From: a virus
Lineage: Duplodnaviria; Caudoviricetes
Direction: 5' to 3' (one strand)
Virus record (IMG/VR): IMGVR_UViG_3300014204_000177
Span: 5,761-69,760 of that record
DNA length: 64,000 nucleotides
In this document: positions 57,384 through 64,000 of the stretch, one piece after another
Numbering within the stretch: position 1 is the stretch's first letter
Layout: every line of letters starts with the position of its first letter
The notes under the pieces: generated by a model
What the model was told of the DNA's origin: nothing
Database searches by the model: none
What the model saw: the letters and a program-made list of their open reading frames with translations, nothing else
Program-made: the position numbers and the translations under genes

Positions 57384-57514
57384 TCCCAGTGGTCCACTTC
57401 AAATTCTATTGCGTCTCCATCTTCCCATTCGAGAAACGCCTGATCTAACGCTTCGGATTCACTGTCTGCTTCAATCTCACATGCGACAGTCACATAGATA
57501 ATATACTTACGCAT
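57380..57514 (-). CDS. small acidic protein (paralog B)
   Basis: Hand-translated MRKYIIYVTVACEIEADSESEALDQAFLEWEDG..., 44 aa. Confidence 0.55.
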   Translation of the reverse strand: MRKYIIYVTVACEIEADSESEALDQAFLEWEDGDAIEFEVDHWE

Positions 57515-57656
57515 CTTCTATGGTCTTCCAAGTGGAAATTATTAACTGTGTAGGCATACCATCTTTCCAGTTTTTGAGTGCTTCCTTGTAAGCTTCGGTA
57601 TCATCTTCGGCATCCACTTCAATAAAGACATTTACGTTGACGCTGTATCTACGCAT
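57507..57656 (-). CDS. small acidic protein (paralog A)
   Basis: Hand-translated MRRYSVNVNVFIEVDAEDDTEAYKEALKNWKDG..., 49 aa. Confidence 0.55.
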   Translation of the reverse strand: MRRYSVNVNVFIEVDAEDDTEAYKEALKNWKDGMPTQLIISTWKTIEDA

Positions 57657-57949
57657 TATATTTTACCTATAAACCGTGTATTCCCCGATGTGTCAATGTG
57701 ATTATTCGGGACAAATGTCAACGCTTCGGCTAGAGCATAACTCCCATCAGGGTTTCTCTGTTGTGTGGTAACTTGGACGATACATCCACCGTAAACATTA
57801 CAAACTTTTGTCGATTTCATCCAGCCTTGTTCCTGCGAACTGGCTTTGCAAAGTAAGGCAAACGTATCACCATTACCATATACAACAAGGTCAGTAATAT
57901 TTGCTTTGGCTCCGCGAACTTCGGTAATTCCCAAATCTTTCTCTTTCAT
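57656..57949 (-). CDS. conserved-looking phage hypothetical protein
   Basis: GWMKSTK...GCIVQVTTQQRNPDGS. Confidence 0.6.
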   Translation of the reverse strand: MKEKDLGITEVRGAKANITDLVVYGNGDTFALLCKASSQEQGWMKSTKVCNVYGGCIVQVTTQQRNPDGSYALAEALTFVPNNHIDTSGNTRFIGKI

Positions 57950-58749
57950 TATTCCTCCTCATTATCCGACAATAGGACAACATCACAGGGGTTTCCACGG
58001 AAACCACACTTTTTACAAAGTCCATTGTTATCCGAGGCAGGAAGGAAAACCCCTGCTGTAATTCCTTTTTCAACTTCGTTATACACATTGAGGTAATAAG
58101 CGATTGTCCGGTCATCCATTGGCATTTGATCTACGATAAACCCCTTATGGGACCATTTCTTTTTGCCGGATGGCATCTTCTTCCCGGTCCACTGTTGTTT
58201 CACCATAATTACTTTAGGAAGTTTACGGTATTCCTCCATATAAGCCATAGCATAGGTTGCCATATTAAGCATATATTCACCAGTAACAGCAGAACCCCAG
58301 AGGCCACGACCAAATTTGTAATCATATACTCCATCCTCTGTTTCCAAGTCAGCTACACACATGATATCCATGCCACTGGCCCGTTTAATATTATAGTGTT
58401 TTTCAGTAGATACTGGTTGCAAATCTTTGAACAATTCAAAGAAGTCTTTACAGGCAAGTATACCTTGTTCTCGAAGGTGGTCAGGGTCATCTTCACCCCA
58501 TACATTGATGATCGGTGCTGTTCCTGCGAAGTTATCGGTAAACCGGGATATTAACGTATCAACGCTGACGGTTTTACCTGCCATTTTATCCTTCCAAAAA
58601 TCATCAACCGATTTGTGCATTGCCGAACCATAAACAGTTGCGGCATATTTAGTGGGATTGGTCAGGCCCATTACCTTTTCGTAAAGAACCTGACGACCAC
58701 ATTTACGGTAACTTTGACAGGTTGAAGGGGAAAGATGCAACACTGGCAT
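57949..58749 (-). CDS. PD-(D/E)XK (RecB/Cas4-like) exonuclease
   Basis: LSPS...C, YGSAMH, VADL...DYK, Q/M--Y, C--C...C. Confidence 0.85.
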   Translation of the reverse strand: MPVLHLSPSTCQSYRKCGRQVLYEKVMGLTNPTKYAATVYGSAMHKSVDDFWKDKMAGKTVSVDTLISRFTDNFAGTAPIINVWGEDDPDHLREQGILACKDFFELFKDLQPVSTEKHYNIKRASGMDIMCVADLETEDGVYDYKFGRGLWGSAVTGEYMLNMATYAMAYMEEYRKLPKVIMVKQQWTGKKMPSGKKKWSHKGFIVDQMPMDDRTIAYYLNVYNEVEKGITAGVFLPASDNNGLCKKCGFRGNPCDVVLLSDNEEE

Positions 58750-60212
58750 TATAGTTCCACCTTCTCAATGTCTTGCAACTGGGTATTGCCACCACTCATT
58801 ATCTGGACGATTGCTTTCACCAGATTGTCATTGAATCCGTGGACGTAAATCACATTCGGATTCTTCGAAATTTTGGTGTGGGTAGCAGTCAACTGCCAGA
58901 TGATCAGGGTTTTACTGCGGTCCCATCTGCTTTCAAGATTGTCACACTGTTCGTTATCGGTGATAATAAGGGTATGTTTCTGACCAGCATATTGACGGGC
59001 AATCGTCTCGAAACGAGTACCGCCGTGGCATTGTGACGATTCGATACTCTTGGCGAATTGCATCAGTTCGTCGGTGTCCCGGCGTACAAGGTGACATTCA
59101 CCAGATACCGAATAGACTTTATTGGAATCATCGGACATTGCGATCATAGCGCCGAACACGGAAGCGATTTGGGCGGCGGTCAGTGACGGGGTTACGTCAT
59201 TACCATCCATCGAACCGGATACGTCCACATTGACCATAACATCCTTTACTCCTTCGAACCGACTACCTTGACGCAGGATAGATTCCAAGGCCCGTTGGAT
59301 GGGGCGATTGGTGATCATATCTCTGGCAGAGATAATCTTGAACGGGAGCATACGGGATTTCTTATACAGTTCGTAGTTGGCTACCCGCATTGCCACTTGG
59401 TTTTCAATCGAACCGATATTCAGCCCGAAGGTACGTTCGATAGTGGCAAGGTTTTGGACCAGAGCCATATAGGATAGTTTCGGAATGATCGCATTGAATA
59501 CGTTCATCCGGTCCACTTCGCTAATGGTACCGAACTGATGTTTCAGTTCTTCCAACTGAAGTCCATGACGTTCAATCGTGTACAGAACTGCGGCATCCAC
59601 TTTACCGTTTCTCAACGATTCGAGTACACCGTTCAGAGCAGAAGCACGTTCAAAGGTAGGGGTTCCGGTGGCAATATAGGTGAACCGATCAGATACATCC
59701 GGTCCAGCAGGATTCGGGTGAGCAACCTTCAGCACTTCGTACAACTTGCCGCGATACCGACAGGCATTATACTCATTGACATTGGTGTTCAACCAGCTAT
59801 TGATCGCCTGTTTTACAGTACGGCCCAGACCTTGGCGAATCCCGGCCTTACGGCACAGGTTCACAAAGTCATTCAGGTCTTTCGGATTCTTCACAACCTT
59901 GTCGAACACTTTGGCGAACAACGGTTTGTTATAGATGGACAGGTATACCAGAGCCAATACAGGTTGCAGTTTCATACCGCATTCATTCCGGGCATAGACT
60001 GCGGCCTTTGCGAGAAAAGCGGGGTCTGTTTGCGCGGCACAACGGTAGATATCTTTGGAGTCACGGATAATATCCGCTTCCGTAGTATACAGGGTATTAC
60101 CGATCAGTCCGGTACACAGCATATTGACCACCTTTTCTTTAGTGGACAAAGCGTAACCAGTACCTCCTTGATAAGTGGTGATCGGTTGTTCATACAATTT
60201 TTTAACAGTCAT
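58749..60212 (-). CDS. rsr: Ro60/Rsr-family TROVE-domain RNA-binding protein
   Basis: GGTGY, AAVYAR-E-GMK, GLGR--K-AI--W, HPNP, MALVQNL, MLPF, vWA MIDAS DVSGSM, GGT, IITDNE. Confidence 0.92.
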   Translation of the reverse strand: MTVKKLYEQPITTYQGGTGYALSTKEKVVNMLCTGLIGNTLYTTEADIIRDSKDIYRCAAQTDPAFLAKAAVYARNECGMKLQPVLALVYLSIYNKPLFAKVFDKVVKNPKDLNDFVNLCRKAGIRQGLGRTVKQAINSWLNTNVNEYNACRYRGKLYEVLKVAHPNPAGPDVSDRFTYIATGTPTFERASALNGVLESLRNGKVDAAVLYTIERHGLQLEELKHQFGTISEVDRMNVFNAIIPKLSYMALVQNLATIERTFGLNIGSIENQVAMRVANYELYKKSRMLPFKIISARDMITNRPIQRALESILRQGSRFEGVKDVMVNVDVSGSMDGNDVTPSLTAAQIASVFGAMIAMSDDSNKVYSVSGECHLVRRDTDELMQFAKSIESSQCHGGTRFETIARQYAGQKHTLIITDNEQCDNLESRWDRSKTLIIWQLTATHTKISKNPNVIYVHGFNDNLVKAIVQIMSGGNTQLQDIEKVEL

Positions 60213-60236
60213 TTTACAGCACTCCTTATTATTTAG

Positions 60237-60301
60237 TGGGGAAATATTATCAAGTTACTTTTTCGAATTAACCATACGATGTAAACTTGATTAGCACCCC
60301 A
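60237..60301 (-). ncRNA. Y-RNA-like unit 1 (65 nt, stem only)
   Basis: TGGGG/CCCCA and ATCAAGTT/AACTTGAT helices; short insert. Confidence 0.7.
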
Positions 60302-60317
60302 AAGAGAGAAGGATTTC

Positions 60318-60444
60318 TGAGGGAATAACCGGAAGATACTTATGCGCCGTTCTCCCAGACTGAACTACCACCGCATTACTGCGGGGAGCAGGATTCGAAC
60401 CTGCGACCTGCGCCTTGCCAGATGTAATCTTCACAAGCACCTCA
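60318..60444 (-). ncRNA. Y-RNA-like unit 2, YrlA-type permuted tRNA mimic
   Basis: AGGTC-GCAGG-TTCGAAT-CCTGC T arm, closed acceptor hairpin CCGCA-GTAA-TGCGG, then D arm TAGTTCAGTCTGGGAGAAC; GCGC/GCGC anticodon-stem remnant. Confidence 0.85.
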
Positions 60445-60454
60445 AAACTTTATG

Positions 60455-60592
60455 CGGGGGAATAGCAGGAAGAGACGGTTCGCGGCGTAATACTACCGCG
60501 ATAAGTGTCATCTAAGTGTGAAAAAAGAGATTCTGAAGCCTCCTGAGTAAATTCAAATGTATTAATTTGATGTACTCTTCCACAGCACCCCG
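60455..60592 (-). ncRNA. Y-RNA-like unit 3 (non-tRNA cargo)
   Basis: CGGGG/CCCCG and GAAGAG/CTCTTC helices; internal hairpins TCAAAT/ATTTGA and CGCGG/CCGCG; no T-loop. Confidence 0.7.
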
Positions 60593-60602
60593 AACATTTT
60601 CT

Positions 60603-60675
60603 TGGAGGGAACGGCAGGAGTTGAACCCGCTGGAAACCGTTTTGGAGACGGTACCGCGACCACTCGCTCGAACCC
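60603..60675 (-). tRNA. tRNA-Trp(CCA), degenerate
   Basis: ACCGT-CTCCAAA-ACGGT anticodon arm, GCGGG-TTCAACT-CCTGC T arm, CCA end; two U-U mismatches in the acceptor stem. Confidence 0.7.
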
Positions 60676-60683
60676 AAATTTAA

Positions 60684-60814
60684 ACGGAAGAAATATCGAC
60701 AAGTTTATTTTAGCGTCCTACCATTAGACGACCCCGCCATGTGGTGGCGGTGGCTGGAATCGAACCAGCATGACTCGTTCATAATACGATGTAAACTTGT
60801 ACAGGCACCTCCGT
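60684..60814 (-). ncRNA. Y-RNA-like unit 4, YrlA-type permuted tRNA mimic
   Basis: GCTGG-TTCGATT-CCAGC T arm, CCGCCA-CCACA-TGGCGG closed acceptor, D arm GTCGTCTAATGGTAGGAC. Confidence 0.85.
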
Positions 60815-60828
60815 ATGTGAATAATTTT

Positions 60829-60942
60829 ATAAGGGAAATAGCGAAAAGTTTAGTGTGTTTGCCATGTACACAAATCGCCCGAAGACGATTTTGGAGTCGA
60901 ACCAATATCATAGTATGATGTAAACTTTTCAAGCACCCTTAT
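60829..60942 (-). ncRNA. Y-RNA-like unit 5, YrlA-type permuted tRNA mimic
   Basis: TTGG-TTCGACT-CCAA T arm, AATCGTC-TTCG-GGCGATT acceptor hairpin, TGTGT-ACATGGCAA-ACACA D arm. Confidence 0.8.
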
Positions 60943-60952
60943 GGATTCGCTA

Positions 60953-61030
60953 GAGAAATATTGTCAAGATTATTTATAGGTTCTCACCTACTTTCAATTT
61001 CAACAGTTGATGTAATCTTGACAGGCACTC
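60953..61030 (-). ncRNA. Y-RNA-like unit 6 (short cargo)
   Basis: GTCAAGATT/AATCTTGAC helix; two small internal hairpins. Confidence 0.7.
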
Positions 61031-61044
61031 CCACGAAATGTCAA

Positions 61045-61146
61045 TAGAGGGGATAACGTAAAGTTTAGTAACTAGCACCACGCATTAAGGGAATCGAACC
61101 CACTCGTCTTTTTTGCAGAAAGATGTAAACTTCACAGGCACCTCTA
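61045..61146 (-). ncRNA. Y-RNA-like unit 7 (anticodon-like arm plus T arm)
   Basis: TAGAGG/CCTCTA; TCTTT-CTGCAAA-AAAGA hairpin followed by GGG-TTCGATT-CCC. Confidence 0.75.
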
Positions 61147-61241
61147 CCGTAGATTCATAAAGATATGGAACAATAGGATAAACAGTAACAGGAGACCGAA
61201 TGCTACTTGATAAGCATTAAACAACCACATTACTAGGTCCA

Positions 61242-61868
61242 TTAGTTTTTGTTTTTATAAAAGTCCTTCACTTGGGTTTGACCAGAGGCACGACTGGTAG
61301 AGTACGATTGGGTACTATGCGTATGCAGTTTGCTTGCATCATTCATACCTTGCGGTGTGGCACAGAACATAGCCATATTCCCGATAAGGATTCCAGTCTT
61401 CTGAGATACCACAGCCAAGTCCTGATTGGCTCCCAAATAAGTGAACGTCCAGTGTCCTCCTTCTTGCAATTCTTTTACGATAGATGCAAGGCGTTCAGAC
61501 GAATACTTTTTGGATGAATTTTCTTCACCGTCCGAGATAATGGTACACAGGTAGGCATCATCCGGTTGGGTATCCTTCTGAGTAATTGTTTCAATAGCCA
61601 GCCCCACAGCGTCATACATTGCGGTCCATCCATGAGGGATATATGTAGTTTTATCCAGCTGGAATAGGGCATCGGCAGATTTATTGGCAAACAGGATAGT
61701 TGGTTCGTTCGAGAATACGATCAGCGAAACGAATACTTCACTGTCTTCAGTCTGCATACTTTTGATTGGGGCGATCTGATCATTGAAAGCGTCGATTGCT
61801 TCTTGCCGCATCATATCCATTGAACCTGATTGGTCCAGAACTACGGCGACATATGTTCTTTTTGTCAT
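61242..61868 (-). CDS. vWA-domain protein (TerY-like)
   Basis: VVLDQSGSM MIDAS, TAMYDAVG, ISDGEENSS, YLGANQD. Confidence 0.88.
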   Translation of the reverse strand: MTKRTYVAVVLDQSGSMDMMRQEAIDAFNDQIAPIKSMQTEDSEVFVSLIVFSNEPTILFANKSADALFQLDKTTYIPHGWTAMYDAVGLAIETITQKDTQPDDAYLCTIISDGEENSSKKYSSERLASIVKELQEGGHWTFTYLGANQDLAVVSQKTGILIGNMAMFCATPQGMNDASKLHTHSTQSYSTSRASGQTQVKDFYKNKN

Positions 61869-61901
61869 AGTAATTTCACTCCTTAATCTGTCTCTATATA
61901 T

Positions 61902-61930
61902 ATTATACCATATTTTGAATCATTTGTCAA
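61902..61930 (-). promoter_or_regulatory. sigmaA-type promoter for the vWA - Y RNA - Ro60 unit
   Basis: TTGACA-17 bp-TATAAT, with AGGAG RBS before the vWA gene. Confidence 0.8.
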
Positions 61931-61949
61931 GCGTTTACCTGAAATATCT

Positions 61950-62288
61950 TTAAGTTATATCCGTTTTTTCGTTGGTAAATTCAGATACCATTTGCTCCAT
62001 GTGACGATCAGCGTCCATAACACGAAGTAGTTTACCAAGGTCAGCTTCCAAAGATACCTTAATCTTTTCAAGGTCTGCCTTTTCCCGGCGAAGTTTTAAT
62101 ATTTCCTCTTTTTGTTCCTGAACATGTTCAACCAAAGCTATACCTATCTCTTTAGCGGCGGCAACCATACCCATACGCCCAGAGATATCATAATCCAACC
62201 GGACAATATTAGTTTCTTCTTCGATAGTCCCAGTCACTTTATGGTTAACATATTTAGTTCCAAATCTCCACCATTTCTCTTTCATCAT
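61950..62288 (-). CDS. hypothetical coiled-coil protein
   Basis: 112 aa; ATGA overlap with the primase-helicase. Confidence 0.55.
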   Translation of the reverse strand: MMKEKWWRFGTKYVNHKVTGTIEEETNIVRLDYDISGRMGMVAAAKEIGIALVEHVQEQKEEILKLRREKADLEKIKVSLEADLGKLLRVMDADRHMEQMVSEFTNEKTDIT

Positions 62289-63985
62289 ATCTTCTCCCTT
62301 ATTCTAGATGTTGTTACGTCTAAGTGCAACCGGAGTTCATCTGCCGTAGCACCGCGACGATGTTTTAAGATACCCAACATAATATCACCTTCGAGGTCAA
62401 TCTGTTGTTTGAAGGAGATACCGGGGTCTTTTCCGGGTAACCACAAACCATATATGGTATCAGCCGATGCTTCGATATCTCCGGCCCCTCTGATCATATT
62501 CATTGTGGGTTTTGTCCACTGGTTCCCGGTACGGTTCAACTGAGACAGGATATACGGTGTGATCATCAGGTCTTTAGCCATAGCCTTAAACCCTTTGATC
62601 GTGGCGCTAAGATGTTCATAATCCTGAACACCCTTCATATATTGCAAGTAATCCACATAGATAACGTCAACAGGTTTATCAAAGATACGAGTTGAAGCAA
62701 ACTCAGTACGCTTCCGAATATCGTCGATGGATAAATAGTTGGTATCCACGATAAACAAGTGACGCTGTAAAGCATCCTTCACTTTAAGTACGTCAGGGTT
62801 GCCAGCCAAAACCATTTCTTCAACTTCACGCAATGGTTTACCAAGGAATCCGGCAATCATGCGTTCATATAATTGTCCTGCCAGCATCTCCATCGAATAG
62901 AACACCACGTTCATCTTGTCACGGATAGCCTGAGACATTGCCATCTCGCCAGCCAATGCGGTCTTAGCCACGCCGGGGTAGGCGGTGATCAAAACTGGTT
63001 CAGATTTACGAGAGAAGTTGATCATCTTATCCAGAGTAGGATATCCTGTTGCCACCTTACCAAATTTAATTACGTCTTTGTATTGCGCTAATGCTTCGTC
63101 CGGTCCCTTGAATTCCTTGAGTAAGGAATCATTGTTCTCACCTTCGGCGGCATTCAGGAAGATATTAACTGCTTCGATCTTTTGGTCCCATTTGTTTGCC
63201 AGAAACTTGGCAATATCAGCCTTAACCATCGGATTGGAAACCGACTTGATAAACTGATCGACGATCACATATTCCTGATCTTGGGAGATTGCAGTATCCA
63301 GTTTCATCTGTAATACATACAGGTCAATGTTGACCGTGGGTAGTTCTGCAATATCCTTATGGAGTTTCAGCATATCGTTGAAGTCTTTGATCGGTCTTAA
63401 TCCATCGTGGAACTGGAAGTTCTCTACCGGGAACTTGACTACCCGAACCGCCAACTGCGGAGCATACTGACGGAACTTTTCACGAATGCGCGGTATTGGT
63501 TTCTGACCTTCTTCGTCATTGTCAGCCGCCAGATACACTACGAACCCTGCATCCTTGGCATTGGCAGAGATAAGTTCTATTTGCGCTTTGGTGATATCGT
63601 TCCCACAGTAGGCCACACACGGTACTTTCTGTTGCCATGCTGATGCGGCATCCAGATAACCTTCCGCAATATAAATGAAATTGGTAATCTGCTTACGGAT
63701 GCGTGAGAAATTATACAGGGTGGCACCCTTTTCATACACATCTGAATTGGTTTCATTTTTATACTTGGCTTTTCTGCCGTCAAGAAATCTCTTGGTAATA
63801 CTGACCAAACGATTATAGTGATCACGAACTGGTAATGTTACACAGTTGTCATCGGCACCGAACTCGAACTCGTCAATAGTCTGCTGGTTGAACCCACGTT
63901 CTTTGGTAAGGTAATCAATAACCTGCGGCAGTTTCTTGATATAGCGTTGTGCTTCCTCAGTCTTTATCTGGGTGGCGCTTTTCAT
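62285..63985 (-). CDS. bifunctional primase (TOPRIM)-DnaB-like helicase
   Basis: YL--ERG, IYIAEGYLDA, DND-EG, KDFND; AYPGVAKT, VFYSMEM, VDYLQ, LSQLNR, GDIEASAD, KHRRG. Confidence 0.88.
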   Translation of the reverse strand: MKSATQIKTEEAQRYIKKLPQVIDYLTKERGFNQQTIDEFEFGADDNCVTLPVRDHYNRLVSITKRFLDGRKAKYKNETNSDVYEKGATLYNFSRIRKQITNFIYIAEGYLDAASAWQQKVPCVAYCGNDITKAQIELISANAKDAGFVVYLAADNDEEGQKPIPRIREKFRQYAPQLAVRVVKFPVENFQFHDGLRPIKDFNDMLKLHKDIAELPTVNIDLYVLQMKLDTAISQDQEYVIVDQFIKSVSNPMVKADIAKFLANKWDQKIEAVNIFLNAAEGENNDSLLKEFKGPDEALAQYKDVIKFGKVATGYPTLDKMINFSRKSEPVLITAYPGVAKTALAGEMAMSQAIRDKMNVVFYSMEMLAGQLYERMIAGFLGKPLREVEEMVLAGNPDVLKVKDALQRHLFIVDTNYLSIDDIRKRTEFASTRIFDKPVDVIYVDYLQYMKGVQDYEHLSATIKGFKAMAKDLMITPYILSQLNRTGNQWTKPTMNMIRGAGDIEASADTIYGLWLPGKDPGISFKQQIDLEGDIMLGILKHRRGATADELRLHLDVTTSRIREKI

Positions 63986-64000
63986 TGCCTTGTACTTTTC

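Larger units (their letters stand above)
60237..61146 (-). repeat. tandem array of seven Y-RNA-like units with one embedded tRNA
   Basis: Each unit (minus strand) starts stem-GTGC(C/T)TG..AAG(T/A)TTACATC or a close variant and ends in complementary arms ...CTT...TAT(T/C)-stem; compensatory base changes between units. Confidence 0.85.

Noticed and set aside
60450-60932. ORFs 60450..60677 and 60705..60932 in the track
   Set aside because: They run through the tRNA-Trp and Y-RNA units, have no RBS and no protein-like features
60237-61146. CRISPR array interpretation of the recurring GATGTAAACTT...GCACC motif
   Set aside because: Repeats come as complementary left/right arm pairs with compensatory changes, inserts vary widely in length and are structured, and there is no cas operon (the Cas4-like nuclease is a common phage replication gene)
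1-64000. Integrated prophage with flanking host DNA
   Set aside because: No integrase, repressor, att-like junction or housekeeping genes in the window; the sugar cluster is interleaved with phage genes

Overview
This window is a 64-kb piece of a tailed dsDNA phage genome with podovirus-type virion genes. No integrase or host genes are visible. The host is probably a diderm Firmicute (Negativicutes-like), inferred from sigmaA-type promoters, an LQRF N-terminal processing motif and a nested spanin-like gene pair. Layout: (i) 1-10.3 kb, minus strand: early/accessory genes (DUF932, metallophosphoesterase, Rnl2-like RNA ligase, tRNAs, an 80-nt tmRNA-like RNA, NADAR, four mini protein-kinase paralogs). 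(ii) 10.5-42.4 kb, plus strand: TerS, fibre genes, TerL, portal, scaffold, major capsid, tail, ejection proteins (one with a Hint domain, one of 2475 aa) and lysis genes. (iii) 42.5-64 kb, minus strand: nucleotide metabolism (dUTPase, NrdJ, dNTP diphosphohydrolase), a GGQ release factor, a nonulosonic-acid/Maf glycosylation cluster, nucleases, a vWA - Y-RNA array - Ro60(TROVE) operon and a primase-helicase. The most striking feature is a tandem array of seven Y-RNA-like ncRNAs (60237-61146) directly upstream of Ro60. They share a covarying closing stem but carry different cargo domains, three being circularly permuted tRNA mimics. Other highlights are a tmRNA reduced to its tRNA-like domain, the captured flagellin-type glycosylation pathway, and an ejection protein predicted to be processed at both ends. 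All protein-family calls come from recognising motifs by eye; no database searches were run.
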